NCBI GenBank assembly: GCA_045430345.1
Contig: JAILXT010000006.1
Coordinates: 97,296-129,295 of the forward strand
Source: Agarilytica sp.
GTDB taxonomy: Bacteria > Pseudomonadota > Gammaproteobacteria > Pseudomonadales > Cellvibrionaceae
Direction: 5' to 3'
DNA length: 32,000 bases
In this document: positions 1-9,906 of the stretch, in pieces
Layout of the letters: each line of letters opens with the position of its first letter
Numbering within the stretch: position 1 is the stretch's first letter
Program-made: the position numbers and the translations under genes
The notes under the pieces: generated by a model
Database searches by the model: none
Told to the model about the DNA's origin: nothing
The model's input: only the letters and a program-made list of their open reading frames with translations

Positions 1-1577
1 TCCGCTTCAGCATTTGCTTCAGCGTCTTGGACCATTTTATCGATTTCTTCATCGCTCAAACCTGAAGATGCCTTAATGACGATAGACTGTTCTTTACCGG
101 TCGCTTTATCTTTTGCGGATACGTTCAGAATACCGTTTGCATCAATATCAAAAGTCACTTCAATTTGCGGCATGCCACGCTGTGCGGGCGGAATATCTGC
201 CAAATCGAATCGGCCTAATGATTTATTTTGTGTTGCTTGCTTACGCTCGCCCTGCACAACATGAATCGTTACAGCCGTTTGATTATCTTCTGCAGTCGAG
301 AATGTTTGTGATTTTTTCGTTGGAACAGTCGTGTTCTTTTCGATCAATGGTGTAGCAACGCCACCCATCGTTTCAATACCTAGCGTTAAGGGAGAAACGT
401 CCAACAACAAAACATCTTTCACATCACCAGAAAGTACTGCGCCTTGAATCGCCGCACCCATCGCAACAGCTTCATCAGCATTCACATCTTTACGAGGCTC
501 TTTGCCAAAGAATTCTGCTACTTTTTGCTGAACCATTGGCATACGTGTTTGACCACCCACCAAAATCACATCGTCGATATCACCAACAGAAAGGTCTGCA
601 TCTTTAAGTGCTATCTTTAATGGCTCCAATGAACGGCTTACCAACTCTTCAACCAATGACTCAAGCTTCGCACGCGTTAGCTTAACCACCAAATGCTTAG
701 GACCGGTTGCATCCGCAGTAATATACGGCAAGTTCACTTCTGTTTGCTGACTAGAAGAGAGTTCGATCTTCGCTTTTTCAGCGGCTTCTTTTAAACGCTG
801 CAAGGCCAATGGATCGTTGTGAAGATCAATACCATTTGATGATTTGAATTCTGCTGCGAGATATTCAATCAATCGCAAATCGAAATCTTCACCACCAAGG
901 AATGTATCACCGTTAGTAGAAAGCACTTCAAATTGATGCTCGCCATCAACGTCGGCGATTTCAATGATCGAGATATCAAACGTACCACCACCAAGGTCAT
1001 ACACAGCAATCGTGTGGTCACCTTTGGCTTTATCCATACCGTAAGCCAACGCCGCAGCGGTAGGCTCGTTGATAATACGCTTTACTTCTAGACCGGCGAT
1101 TTTTCCTGCGTCTTTCGTCGCTTGGCGCTGAGAATCGTTAAAATAGGCCGGCACAGTAATAACCGCTTCCGTTACGGTTTCGCCAAGATACTCTTCAGCC
1201 GTCTTCTTCATCTTCTTCAAGACTTCAGCAGATATTTGTGGCGGTGCTTTTTTATCGCCTTTCGCTTCTACCCATGCGTCACCATTGTCCGCCTTAACAA
1301 TTTTGTAAGGGACCATAGAGATATCTTTTTGCACAACGTCATCGGCAAATTTTCGGCCGATCAGACGCTTAACCGCAAAAAGCGTATTGTTTGGATTTGT
1401 CACTGCCTGGCGCTTAGCGCTCTGGCCAACAAGGATTTCGTTGTCATCCGTAAATGCAACGATGGAAGGGGTTGTGCGATCGCCTTCTGCGTTTTCAATA
1501 ACCTTCGCTTTTTCACCTTCAAGGACGGATACACAAGAGTTTGTCGTACCCAAATCAATACCAATAATCTTACCCAT
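1..1577 (-). CDS. dnaK: Chaperone DnaK (Hsp70); C-terminal end lies beyond the window start
   Basis: Absent from the ORF track because it runs off the window. The reverse complement from ATG (1577-1575) reads [77 protein letters not shown]... The same frame is still open at the edge (...[19 protein letters not shown]). GGAGAGAG lies just upstream of the ATG. Confidence 0.97.
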   Translation of the reverse strand, partial: MGKIIGIDLGTTNSCVSVLEGEKAKVIENAEGDRTTPSIVAFTDDNEILVGQSAKRQAVTNPNNTLFAVKRLIGRKFADDVVQKDISMVPYKIVKADNGDAWVEAKGDKKAPPQISAEVLKKMKKTAEEYLGETVTEAVITVPAYFNDSQRQATKDAGKIAGLEVKRIINEPTAAALAYGMDKAKGDHTIAVYDLGGGTFDISIIEIADVDGEHQFEVLSTNGDTFLGGEDFDLRLIEYLAAEFKSSNGIDLHNDPLALQRLKEAAEKAKIELSSSQQTEVNLPYITADATGPKHLVVKLTRAKLESLVEELVSRSLEPLKIALKDADLSVGDIDDVILVGGQTRMPMVQQKVAEFFGKEPRKDVNADEAVAMGAAIQGAVLSGDVKDVLLLDVSPLTLGIETMGGVATPLIEKNTTVPTKKSQTFSTAEDNQTAVTIHVVQGERKQATQNKSLGRFDLADIPPAQRGMPQIEVTFDIDANGILNVSAKDKATGKEQSIVIKASSGLSDEEIDKMVQDAEANAEA

Positions 1578-1660
1578 TACTCTCTCCAATTCTTTCTATT
1601 TTGCCTATCAGGCCAAAACTTTAGGCGCCTGCTATCAAGCCCTGCGCCTGTTGAGTGTTA

Positions 1661-1688
1661 ATATTTGTTCTAGCCGTACATTTTCAAG
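1661..1688 (-). promoter_or_regulatory. Putative sigma-32 (heat-shock) promoter for dnaK
   Basis: The minus strand reads CTTGAAA (1688-1682), a perfect sigma-32 -35. After 13 nt comes ACAAATAT (1668-1661), only a weak match to the CCCCATnT -10. Confidence 0.4.
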
Positions 1689-1700
1689 GGTTATCTGCGT

Positions 1701-2276
1701 TTATTCTGCAGCTTTTGACACAACAACCATTGCCGGACGCACAAGACGACCGTGTAAGGTGTAACCTTTCTGGAAAACATTGATCACAGTGTTTGGTTCC
1801 ACATCAGGATTGGGCACCATCGTCATCGCTTGATGAAGCTCAGGATTAAACGGCTCACCCTCAGGATCAATTGGCTCTACCTTCTGGCGGTTAAGCCCAT
1901 CTACCAGGGTTTTCAATGTCAGCTCAACGCCTTCAACGACGGAGCTCACTTCAACACCTTCAGCAGTAGAGGCGTCAATAGCTCGCTCTAAGTTATCCAC
2001 TACAGGCAACATATCATTGATAATTTTCTCAACGCCGAATTTATGTGCCTTTTCTACGTCTTGCTCAGCGCGTCGACGAATATTCTGAGCCTCAGCAGCG
2101 GCACGTAGCGACTGCTCTTTCGCTTGAGCGAGCTCAGCGCGCAGACTTTCGACCTCAGCCAGCAACGCTTCTGTGCTTGAGGCCTCGTTGGTTTCCGCAG
2201 ATTGACTATCAAGCGTAACTTGATCGTCCTCCAACCCATCTAGGGTGTTGTTTTCCGGTTCTTGTTCGTTACTCAC
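1701..2276 (-). CDS. grpE: Nucleotide exchange factor GrpE
   Basis: ORF track 1701-2330 has a GrpE core (...[33 protein letters not shown]...). The listed start is a TTG inside the sigma-32 -10 element. A GTG at 2276-2274, preceded by GGAG with a 6-nt spacer, gives [10 protein letters not shown]... and is the likelier start. Confidence 0.93.
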   Translation of the reverse strand: MSNEQEPENNTLDGLEDDQVTLDSQSAETNEASSTEALLAEVESLRAELAQAKEQSLRAAAEAQNIRRRAEQDVEKAHKFGVEKIINDMLPVVDNLERAIDASTAEGVEVSSVVEGVELTLKTLVDGLNRQKVEPIDPEGEPFNPELHQAMTMVPNPDVEPNTVINVFQKGYTLHGRLVRPAMVVVSKAAE

Positions 2277-2318
2277 GATGTTCTCCAGGTTTTCTCTAAC
2301 TTTGCTAACTGCCGTGGA

Positions 2319-2347
2319 ATATGGGGGCAAGCGGTGAAAATTCCAAG
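2319..2347 (-). promoter_or_regulatory. Sigma-32 heat-shock promoter for grpE
   Basis: The minus strand reads CTTGGAA (2347-2341), then a 13-14 nt spacer, then CCCCATAT (2326-2319). The consensus is CTTGAAA-N13-15-CCCCATnT. It sits about 45 nt upstream of the proposed GTG start. Confidence 0.65.
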
Positions 2348-2371
2348 ATTAAAAGTAAAATTGCTTAACCA

Positions 2372-2408
2372 CTGTATGAAATAACAGTTATACTGTACAA
2401 AAAACCAC
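2372..2408 (+). promoter_or_regulatory. Two LexA (SOS) boxes upstream of recN
   Basis: CTGTATGAAATAACAG (2372-2387) is a perfect CTGT-N8-ACAG box. CTGTACAAAAAACCAC (2393-2408) is a second, imperfect box. The layout (ACTGTAT...TTATACTGTACA) closely resembles the tandem SOS boxes of E. coli recN. The boxes lie 20-55 nt upstream of the recN ATG. Confidence 0.8.
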
Positions 2409-2427
2409 ACCTGCTTGAGGGCGTGCC

Positions 2428-4101
2428 ATGCTGACCCACTTACATATCAAAAACTTCACATTGGTAGACCAGCTAGACATAGAGCTTCATGAAGGCCTTA
2501 CAACCATTACCGGCGAGACAGGCGCCGGTAAATCAATGATTTTGGATGCCCTTGGCGTAACACTTGGCGAACGCACAGACGCCAGTAAAGTGAAAGCCGG
2601 CGCCGAGCGCGCTGAAATTCACGCAAGTTTCGATATTTCAAAATTGGATTTTGTGCAAAAGTGGTTACAGGACAACGACTTACGACCGGACGACGCCATT
2701 GACGAATGCATATTACGCCGAGTGATTACTGCAGAAGGGCGCTCACGAGCATACATCAACGGCCAAACGGTAACACTGCAACAACTAAAGGCGCTGGGTG
2801 AAAATCTCATTGATATTCACAACCAGCACGAGCATCAGTCCCTACTCTCCCCCAACACCCATCGCCGATTGCTTGATGATTTCGCAGGCGTGCAAACCTT
2901 GGCACATTCGGTAAAAACCACTTATCTAGAATGGCAATCCATCGCCGATAAACTTGAGCGCGTGCAAACAGAAGGTGCCGAGATGAATGCGCGCTTCCAG
3001 TTGCTAAGCTACCAGGTTGACGAACTGGAACAGCTTGACCTCCAAGCAGGAGAACTCGAACAACTCGAACGAGAACAGCGGCTGCTGGGCAATGTGGAGA
3101 AAACGCAAGAAAACTGCCAAAACGTCATCGATATCTGCGGGAATGATGGTGTTGGGCTCAGAGACCGCATCAATCAAGCGATACGCCTGATCCAAGAGCT
3201 GCCCGAAAAGCCACAAAGCCTGGTCGAAGTAGAACAATTACTTGAAAATGCAGGTATTAATATCAGCGAAGCACAATCCGATTTGGAGCACTTCGCCGAT
3301 AACTGTGAACATAACCCCGCACGCTTGGTTGAGGTGGATGCACGTCTTAACAGTATCTATGAAATCGCGCGAAAGCATCATGTCTCCCCAGAGAACCTCG
3401 TCGAGCAACACCAAAAGCTCGCGGCTGAACTGACCACGTTGGTCAGTGGCGATGAGATGACAGAAAGCCTCACCGAAGCGCTTGAGGAAAAACGCACAAA
3501 CTACAAGAAACTGGCCAATAAACTGAGCACGCAACGGGGCAAAGCCGCAAAAAAATTGTCCTCTGCCGTTAATCAAAAGCTAAATCAATTAGCGATGGAA
3601 CGAGCAAATCTCGATATCCAGCTAACCCCAGGTAACGGCACCCCCACCCGTCATGGTAATGAGCGAGTGGAGTTCTTAATCAGCACCAATCCTGGTCTCC
3701 CCGCTCAAGCCTTACAACGCGTAGCCTCTGGCGGCGAGCTATCTCGTATCAGCTTGGCAATTCAGGTTGTGACGGCAGCAACCTCGACCATCCCCACCCT
3801 CGTCTTTGATGAAGTCGATGTTGGAATAGGCGGCACTACAGGGGATGTCGTGGGATTAATGCTGAGCGAGCTGGGCACAAAAGGGCAAATTTTTTGCGTA
3901 ACTCACCTGGCCCAAGTGGCCAGTAAGGCACACCATCACCTACGTGCCGAAAAACAGGTCACCAAGAAAGGCGCCAGCTCCACGCTCACAACCGTAGAAG
4001 GAGAAGAAAAAGTCATCGAGATCGCGCGCATGATGGGCGGCCTTATTGACTCGAAACAATCGCTAGATCACGCCAAACAGATGCTGGAAACAGCCGGATA
4101 A
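2428..4101 (+). CDS. recN: DNA repair protein RecN (SMC-like ATPase)
   Basis: 557-aa ORF. The N-terminal Walker A is GETGAGKS, followed by a long coiled-coil middle. The C-terminal signature/Walker B region reads ...ASGGELSRISLAIQV...LVFDEVDVGIGG... GAGGG sits 6 nt before the ATG. Confidence 0.97.
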   Translation: MLTHLHIKNFTLVDQLDIELHEGLTTITGETGAGKSMILDALGVTLGERTDASKVKAGAERAEIHASFDISKLDFVQKWLQDNDLRPDDAIDECILRRVITAEGRSRAYINGQTVTLQQLKALGENLIDIHNQHEHQSLLSPNTHRRLLDDFAGVQTLAHSVKTTYLEWQSIADKLERVQTEGAEMNARFQLLSYQVDELEQLDLQAGELEQLEREQRLLGNVEKTQENCQNVIDICGNDGVGLRDRINQAIRLIQELPEKPQSLVEVEQLLENAGINISEAQSDLEHFADNCEHNPARLVEVDARLNSIYEIARKHHVSPENLVEQHQKLAAELTTLVSGDEMTESLTEALEEKRTNYKKLANKLSTQRGKAAKKLSSAVNQKLNQLAMERANLDIQLTPGNGTPTRHGNERVEFLISTNPGLPAQALQRVASGGELSRISLAIQVVTAATSTIPTLVFDEVDVGIGGTTGDVVGLMLSELGTKGQIFCVTHLAQVASKAHHHLRAEKQVTKKGASSTLTTVEGEEKVIEIARMMGGLIDSKQSLDHAKQMLETAG

Positions 4102-4188
4102 TTAAGGATGAAGATTCAGAAGGAAGGGATAATGGGGAAGGTATGTAATAGAGGAAGTGAGGTTACCCCAACCCCCTCATATTGTTAC

Positions 4189-4596
4189 TTACTTTTTAGG
4201 TTTTACGTACAGAACTAAGTTGTGCCCGCTAATTTCGTAGCCGTGCTTCTCGGCGATCGCTTCCTGCAATTCTTCAATGCGCTCATCATGAAACTCGATC
4301 ACGTTCCCAGTTTCGATGCATACCATGTGGTCGTGATGCTCACCACGGTCCAGCTCAAAGACCGAATGGCCACCATCAAAGTTGTGGCGCGCAACAAGGC
4401 CAGCATCTTCAAACTGGGTTAATACGCGATATACCGTCGCCAACCCAACATCTTCCCCAGCTTCCAGCAACGCTTTGTAGACATCTTCAGCACTTAAATG
4501 CCGTTGATTGGAATTTTCTAGGATTTGAAGGATCTTAACCCTCGGTAAAGTCACCTTTAGACCAGCTTTTCGCAGTTCTTGATTCTCTATTGCCAT
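4189..4596 (-). CDS. fur: Ferric uptake regulator Fur
   Basis: 135 aa with a typical Fur N-terminus (ELRKAGLKVTLPRVKILQILE...HLSAEDVYK) and the metal-site HHDH motif (GEHHDHMVC). Confidence 0.95.
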   Translation of the reverse strand: MAIENQELRKAGLKVTLPRVKILQILENSNQRHLSAEDVYKALLEAGEDVGLATVYRVLTQFEDAGLVARHNFDGGHSVFELDRGEHHDHMVCIETGNVIEFHDERIEELQEAIAEKHGYEISGHNLVLYVKPKK

Positions 4597-4734
4597 CGCT
4601 GATCGGCCTCCAGGGGCTTTTAAAGTTCGTTCATCATGATATTGGTAAGTATTGCTATCTGCGTCACATGTATTGTTGCGACGTGAATAGACCGGTATTA
4701 TCCACGCCCAGACTGTTGTCGGAAAGCCCTAATA

Positions 4735-5136
4735 ATGCAAATCGTTACATCTTTCAGCTTAATATTGTTTCTTTTGGCCTTAAGCGCTTGCTCCTCGCTT
4801 AAATTCCCTGGGGTATATCGCATTCCCATTCAACAAGGGAATTACATAGAAGAAGCCATGGTGCAAAAACTGAAGCCAGGCCAAACCAAACGTCAGGTCC
4901 GCTTTATTCTCGGCACCCCTATGGTTGAAGACACCTTTAACCAAGATCGCTGGGACTATTACTACAATGTGAAGCGCGGCGAGAAACATATCGAGACGAA
5001 TCACTTTATCGTGCACTTCGAAGGCGACATTCTGACGCGATGGGAAGGCGACTACAAACTCAGCTCCGGCGTCATACAAGAAGAGCGTAAAGAAGCATTG
5101 AAAAAAACTAAGCAACAAGAGGAAGCCAAGCTTTAA
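4735..5136 (+). CDS. bamE: Outer membrane protein assembly factor BamE (SmpA/OmlA lipoprotein)
   Basis: 133 aa. Signal peptide with lipobox (LLALSAC), then the BamE core ...IQQGNYIEEAMVQKLKPGQTKRQVRFILGTPMVEDTFNQDRWDYYY... It is syntenic with fur and ratA as in Pseudomonas and E. coli. Confidence 0.9.
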   Translation: MQIVTSFSLILFLLALSACSSLKFPGVYRIPIQQGNYIEEAMVQKLKPGQTKRQVRFILGTPMVEDTFNQDRWDYYYNVKRGEKHIETNHFIVHFEGDILTRWEGDYKLSSGVIQEERKEALKKTKQQEEAKL

Positions 5137-5164
5137 AGCAGCTCTCTCCCCCCCTATAAAAAAC

Positions 5165-5195
5165 AATTATCCCCATAAATACTGTGGGGATAATT
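5165..5195. terminator. Bidirectional hairpin terminator between convergent bamE and rnfH
   Basis: AATTATCCCCA (5165-5175) pairs perfectly with TGGGGATAATT (5185-5195), with a 9-nt loop. The flanks are A/T-rich on both sides. Confidence 0.6.
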
Positions 5196-5224
5196 ATTTA
5201 AACGAAAAACCTTTTTCCGGCTAA

Positions 5225-5566
5225 CTACTTTTGCGCATCCAACAAGGCTTTCTCAGCAGCTTTTTGTTCCGCCCTACGACGTCTCACTTCTTTCGGGTCA
5301 GAGATTAACGGCCGATAAATTTCTACACGATCACCGGCCTGTAATACATACTCTTTAGCAGGCTTTAACCCCTTCGTTCCCAGTGACTGGCCGAAAAGTC
5401 CCATTTTAGAATTCTCTATATCAAGATCAGGAAAATAATCGGTAATTTTCGATTTGCACACAGCGACGTAAGCCGTTGTGCCCGGCTCGACCAGCATGGT
5501 AATAATTTTTTGTTTATCGGGCAGTGCATACGCAATCTCTACCGAGATCGGTTCTATATCTGTCAT
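5225..5566 (-). CDS. rnfH: RnfH/UPF0125 family protein (RatB/YfjF-like)
   Basis: ORF track 5225-5599. The internal ATG at 5566 gives MTDIEPISVEIAYALPDKQKI..., the usual RnfH-family N-terminus. It lies directly downstream of ratA, as in E. coli ratA-ratB. Confidence 0.85.
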   Translation of the reverse strand: MTDIEPISVEIAYALPDKQKIITMLVEPGTTAYVAVCKSKITDYFPDLDIENSKMGLFGQSLGTKGLKPAKEYVLQAGDRVEIYRPLISDPKEVRRRRAEQKAAEKALLDAQK

Positions 5567-5626
5567 ACATTGAAGTCCAAATAAGCGCTTAAATTTCACT
5601 AGCGCAAAGTCTTACGAATTTAAAAA

Positions 5627-6064
5627 TCAGTTTTCGGAATATTGTTCAGCGGCACGACGACACATTGCATCCACCTGCTCAGAGGCCACTTTTTCAAATA
5701 CTTTGCCAGCCGTTTTCGTCAATAGTGCATTTGAAAACTCGAACTCTAACCAAAAAACCACTTTACATGCGCTCTCGGAAAGCCCCTGAAATGACCACTC
5801 GCCACACAACACTTTGAAAGGCCCATCCTCTAAGAACAAACCAATAGTATGGGGGCAATTCAACGTATTACGGGTAACAAAAGATTGCTTTAATCCCGCC
5901 TTATTGAGATCAAGGCGAGCGACCATGCTAATCTCGCTCGCACTTATAATTTCCGCACCTGCGCAACCTGGAACAAACTCTGGGTAACTCGCCACATCAT
6001 TTACCACATCGAACATCTGCTGGCATGAATACATTACCAGAGCACTGCGCTCAATTCGCTTCAC
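5627..6064 (-). CDS. ratA: SRPBCC/START-fold protein RatA (YfjG; CoQ-binding/ribosome-association family)
   Basis: 145 aa. The sequence ...MFDVVNDVASYPEFVPGCAGAEII... is typical of the polyketide-cyclase/Coq10-like RatA family. Synteny with rnfH, bamE and smpB is conserved. Confidence 0.85.
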   Translation of the reverse strand: MKRIERSALVMYSCQQMFDVVNDVASYPEFVPGCAGAEIISASEISMVARLDLNKAGLKQSFVTRNTLNCPHTIGLFLEDGPFKVLCGEWSFQGLSESACKVVFWLEFEFSNALLTKTAGKVFEKVASEQVDAMCRRAAEQYSEN

Positions 6065-6107
6065 AATATTTTACTCTTTAGATAGGCCACTCATTCACTC
6101 CTCTCAC

Positions 6108-7481
6108 CTACCCCGCAAAGGTATGATAAAGCGTCCAAGCAAATACAATAATCACGAGCACAGGAGAAATGTAACGGACAACGAACAACCATATATCCAA
6201 CATTGGATGCCCTTCAGCATCCATTTCCGAGGCCAATACCTTCTTCGACATTAGCCACCCCACAAACACCGCTATAAATAATCCGCCCAAAGGCAACATC
6301 ACTTGAGACGTTAAGAAATCAAGGAAATCAAAAGGTGTTTTACCAAGTAATATAGCCGGCTTAAAATCAGACAGAATATTGAATGACAACCCGCAACTAA
6401 TACCCAAAGCCCACGCAGAACCACCGAGTAACAAGGTGGCGGTAACACGGTTAAATTTGCCGGTTTCGACCAACCAAGCAACACCGGGCTCTATAAGCGA
6501 TACCGCCGAACTCCATGCGGCAATAACAATTAGCACGAAAAAGATCGTTCCAAAAAACGTTCCCCCCGGCATATTCCCGAACGCCACAGGAAGACTCTGG
6601 AAGAGAAGACCTGGCCCGCTACCGGCCGCCATCCCATGACTAAATACAATCGGGAAAATACACATCCCAGCGACTAGCGCAATAAACGTATCGAGCAGCC
6701 CGACAGTGACAACCGTTTTACCGATATTTGCATGGGCAGGCATATAAGCCCCATAAGCCATGATTGCGCCCATCCCCAAACTCAAGGTAAAAAACGCATG
6801 CCCCATCGCAATTAACACGCCTTTACCCGTCAATTGATCTACTTTAAAGCTGAACATAAACGTCAATGCTTGCTCGAACTCCCCTTGGAGTGCGCCATAG
6901 ATTAACAAGAGCAACAACATGGCAAACAATATGGGCATAAGCACCCGAGCCACCATTGCCAAGCCCTTGGTGACACCCGCCATTACCACCCCGACGGTAA
7001 TGATCGTAAATACCGTATGCCAGCCCAAAAGTGCCGTATTGTTACCAAGGAGGCCACCAAAAAAACTTTCGGCCTGCTCACCGGTAGCCCCAGAAAAGGT
7101 ACCTGACGCAATCGTAAATACGTAATGTAAGGCCCAGCCCGCCACAACGCTATAAAACGCCATGATGAACAAGCCCGCTAACACACCACTCCAACCAATC
7201 GCCGTCCAGCCACGGTGCAAGCTGGCTTCTTCGGTCACGAACTTCATCGAATTAATGGGACTCATACGTCCTCGGCGCCCTATCAACACCTCCGCGACCA
7301 TAATAGGGATGCCTATAACCGCTATACACAAAAGGTAAATCAAGACAAAAGCACCGCCGCCGTTTTCGCCAGTGATATAAGGGAATTTCCAGATATTACC
7401 GAGGCCGACCGCCGAGCCCGTCGCAGCAAGAATGAAAGTCCATCGACTAGACCAAACACCATGCATGTGTTGTTTTGACAT
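6108..7481 (-). CDS. Sodium-dependent transporter, NSS/SNF family
   Basis: 457 aa and polytopic. The hallmark TM1 motif is WSSRWTFILAATGSAVGLGNIWKFPY. Confidence 0.9.
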   Translation of the reverse strand: MSKQHMHGVWSSRWTFILAATGSAVGLGNIWKFPYITGENGGGAFVLIYLLCIAVIGIPIMVAEVLIGRRGRMSPINSMKFVTEEASLHRGWTAIGWSGVLAGLFIMAFYSVVAGWALHYVFTIASGTFSGATGEQAESFFGGLLGNNTALLGWHTVFTIITVGVVMAGVTKGLAMVARVLMPILFAMLLLLLIYGALQGEFEQALTFMFSFKVDQLTGKGVLIAMGHAFFTLSLGMGAIMAYGAYMPAHANIGKTVVTVGLLDTFIALVAGMCIFPIVFSHGMAAGSGPGLLFQSLPVAFGNMPGGTFFGTIFFVLIVIAAWSSAVSLIEPGVAWLVETGKFNRVTATLLLGGSAWALGISCGLSFNILSDFKPAILLGKTPFDFLDFLTSQVMLPLGGLFIAVFVGWLMSKKVLASEMDAEGHPMLDIWLFVVRYISPVLVIIVFAWTLYHTFAG

Positions 7482-7613
7482 GATTGAGCTACCCCAGATG
7501 CTTTTTTCTGTTTTCGCGCATTGTACCCAAGTCCCCCCCTATTCACACCCCGACCGCCACTTACACCGATTTGCAGTGGTGAAAGCATGATGCCCACCCT
7601 ATAATGCGCAACT

Positions 7614-8099
7614 ATGAGCAAAGCAAACAAAAAGAAAAAGCCGACGAATACCACGATCGCCCAAAACCGCCGAGCAAGGCGCGATTATTTCCTAGAAGAA
7701 AAAATAGAAGCCGGGCTCGCACTTACCGGATGGGAAGTCAAAGCCTTAAGGGCTGGGCGAGGACAACTCACCGATAGCTACGTCGTATTCAAAGATAGTG
7801 AAGCTTGGCTAATGGGGGCTCAAATTCAGCCCTTACCGGAAGCATCCACACACTTCGTTACCGAACCCACACGCATGCGGAAGCTGCTCTTGCAAAGCCG
7901 GCAGATCAGCAAGCTTCAAGAAGCCAATGAACAAAAAGGCTACACAATTGTTGTGACCGCAATGTATTGGAAACAGCACTTAGTGAAATGCGAAGTTTGC
8001 CTCGCGAAAGGTAAACAGATGCACGACAAACGGCAGACAGAAAAAGAACGTGACTGGAGTGTTCAAAAACAGCGCGCAATGCGTGATCACAACAAGTGA
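7614..8099 (+). CDS. smpB: SsrA-binding protein SmpB
   Basis: 161 aa: ...[34 protein letters not shown]... with a basic C-terminal tail. A TATAAT at 7600-7605 lies just upstream. Confidence 0.96.
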   Translation: MSKANKKKKPTNTTIAQNRRARRDYFLEEKIEAGLALTGWEVKALRAGRGQLTDSYVVFKDSEAWLMGAQIQPLPEASTHFVTEPTRMRKLLLQSRQISKLQEANEQKGYTIVVTAMYWKQHLVKCEVCLAKGKQMHDKRQTEKERDWSVQKQRAMRDHNK

Positions 8100-8243
8100 T
8101 TGAAGAACGAAAGAAAGGTTCTATCGCGATACTAGATTGGATAAAGTGTTACGCGACGTACCCGGTCCCTTACTTCGTTACGCTTTATAGTGGGCTATTT
8201 GCCTTAAAAAATCAGCAGGAAAAATAGAACCTGGCATAAAGCA

Positions 8244-9269
8244 CTAGCCTTCTTTGGAGTAAAGATACACCACATTATTCACGACGTCATTTCGCGACTC
8301 TAAATCCAATGCTTCTTCCAACATCCGTAACATTGTTTCAAAACTAGAAACCTGAATAACCGCCGCAACCTTTTTATTCGCCAACTCTTCACTTCCTAGC
8401 TCTATACGTGTTGAGAAGTATCGATTCACCTCGCTTACTACATCCTGAAGCGTGTCATCTCTGAAGACTAAGCTTTTTGTCCGCCAGCCTAAAGCTGCAG
8501 AAGCATCGACACTCTCAACCAATGGCGTTTCATCAACCAGCTCAATTACGGCTTGCTGATTACGACGTAAAGTAACATCGGCGTCGAATGATGCAGCATC
8601 AATCTCTGGGGTATCTTGGTTGTCGATCCCAACAGCGCCCTCCAGAACAGTAACAACGGTCTTATCACCCGAGTCACGCACATTAAACTGAGTACCGAGT
8701 ACACGCACAAGCCCCGCGTTGGTGTGTACATCAAATGATCGGCCCGGAGATTTAGCGATATCGAAAAACACCTCACCACGAACCAGGTAAACAATTCGCT
8801 CACCTCTAGATATCGCTGTTGTGACCTCAGAATTCGTATTCAACACCAAAACCGAACCATCGGAGAGAAGCACTTCTCGCTGCTCACCCACACCGGTTTG
8901 ATAATGGCCCATTTCCGGCTCGCCACCACTAATATGCCAATAACCACCAAAACCAAGTGCGACAACCAACAGACCAGCCATGCCGACTTGTGCCCACGAA
9001 CCGAAACCAAGCCAACCAGCCCAATCAATGCCTAGCGTAGAAACTCGCTGCGAGGATACGGGGACTTTAACCTGAGCCATCACAGACCCACGCTCCCAGT
9101 TCTCTTCAGCTTGAATATAGGCCGCCTGATGATGAGGAGAAGCATCCAGCCACGCAAAAAACTCCGCCTCTTTTTCAGTGGTGAAATTGGGTGAATCGAG
9201 CATAACAAGCCAATATTCGGCTTGCTCTTGATACTTGCTCAAATTATCTTTTGAACCGACGCTGTTCAT
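8244..9269 (-). CDS. FecR-family transmembrane anti-sigma factor/sensor
   Basis: 341 aa. It has an N-terminal anti-sigma region (EQAEYWLVMLDSP...FFAWLDASPHHQAAYIQAEENW), one TM segment (AQVGMAGLLVVALGFGGYW) and a periplasmic FecR domain (...VRVLGTQFNV...). Confidence 0.88.
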   Translation of the reverse strand: MNSVGSKDNLSKYQEQAEYWLVMLDSPNFTTEKEAEFFAWLDASPHHQAAYIQAEENWERGSVMAQVKVPVSSQRVSTLGIDWAGWLGFGSWAQVGMAGLLVVALGFGGYWHISGGEPEMGHYQTGVGEQREVLLSDGSVLVLNTNSEVTTAISRGERIVYLVRGEVFFDIAKSPGRSFDVHTNAGLVRVLGTQFNVRDSGDKTVVTVLEGAVGIDNQDTPEIDAASFDADVTLRRNQQAVIELVDETPLVESVDASAALGWRTKSLVFRDDTLQDVVSEVNRYFSTRIELGSEELANKKVAAVIQVSSFETMLRMLEEALDLESRNDVVNNVVYLYSKEG

Positions 9270-9384
9270 ATGACTCTCAGCTTACTCACCCAAAAACCAA
9301 AAAGCTGGCCTTTGAGCGCAAAATTACCGTTTTTAGCGACAAATTCCCCCGATATCTGCACTGCATAACGTTTAAACACTTATA

Positions 9385-9879
9385 TCACCCATTTCCATCA
9401 AAATTTTCTCTTAAAAATTTCATGGCCCTCATAAGGTACTTTTCAACTGAACTCACAGACACCTTCAGCTCATCAGCAATCTCTTGATAAGAACTCGCAT
9501 TCATTCGATGCATAATGAATGCCTGACGACACTTATCAGGTAGGTTCGAGAGCGCGCTTTCCACCTGCTCCAAGTCTGCTTGTGCGCCGGCAAAGCGTTC
9601 CGGCGAGCGCGCGTCTTCCTCAGAGTGTTCCAAAGAGGCGTAATTATCAGCATATCGTTGTTTACGTATACGATTAAGCGCGAGATTATGAGCTGTTTGA
9701 TAGAGGTAGGCTCGTGGGTTCTCGAGCTCTTCGGGAGATTTGGATTTGAGTAAATTATGGAAAGCGTCCTGCACGATATCGTCCGCATCGTTTGAATCAC
9801 CAAACTTATGGGCAACATATCGCTTAAGTTCCGTGCCATATTGCACGAACAGCGACTTAACTAGGGGACCTTTGCTCAT
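9385..9879 (-). CDS. ECF (sigma-70 family, FecI-type) RNA polymerase sigma factor
   Basis: 164 aa. Region 2 reads DADDIVQDAFHNLL. The region 4 HTH reads SYQEIADELKVSVSSVEKYLMRAM. It lies upstream of the FecR-like gene on the same strand, with a 115-nt gap. Confidence 0.9.
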   Translation of the reverse strand: MSKGPLVKSLFVQYGTELKRYVAHKFGDSNDADDIVQDAFHNLLKSKSPEELENPRAYLYQTAHNLALNRIRKQRYADNYASLEHSEEDARSPERFAGAQADLEQVESALSNLPDKCRQAFIMHRMNASSYQEIADELKVSVSSVEKYLMRAMKFLRENFDGNG

Positions 9880-9897
9880 CTATTTATACAGCTGCGT

Positions 9898-9906
9898 ATT
9901 ATAGCA
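9898..9906 (-). promoter_or_regulatory. Putative extended -10 promoter (TGcTATAAT) for the ECF sigma gene
   Basis: The minus strand reads TGCTATAAT, ending 18 nt upstream of the ATG at 9879. I found no convincing -35 element and no Fur box nearby. Confidence 0.4.

Noticed and set aside
76-1764. Plus-strand ORFs 76-264, 113-355, 1122-1661 and 1387-1764
   Set aside because: They lie antisense to the unmistakable dnaK reading frame. Their low-complexity translations have no motifs. They are shadow ORFs.
2277-2330. N-terminal extension of grpE ([18 protein letters not shown]) from a TTG at 2330
   Set aside because: The TTG lies inside the CCCCATAT sigma-32 -10 element. A GTG with a GGAG SD at 2276 gives a normal GrpE N-terminus.
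4638-4656. Fur-box-like sequence GATATTGGTAAGTATTGCT in the fur-bamE divergent region
   Set aside because: By my count it matches the GATAATGATAATCATTATC consensus at only about 12 of 19 positions. That is too weak to call without a scoring matrix.
8116-8232. A 9-bp inverted repeat AGGTTCTAT / ATAGAACCT about 100 bp apart after smpB, and a third ATAGAACC copy at 17093-17100, which together bracket the FecR-to-DASS block
   Set aside because: This is tempting as a target-site duplication for the 8.8-kb accessory block. However, an 8-mer match between two ~150-bp intergenic regions is expected by chance roughly one time in three (150 x 150 / 4^8). The flanks do not extend the match.
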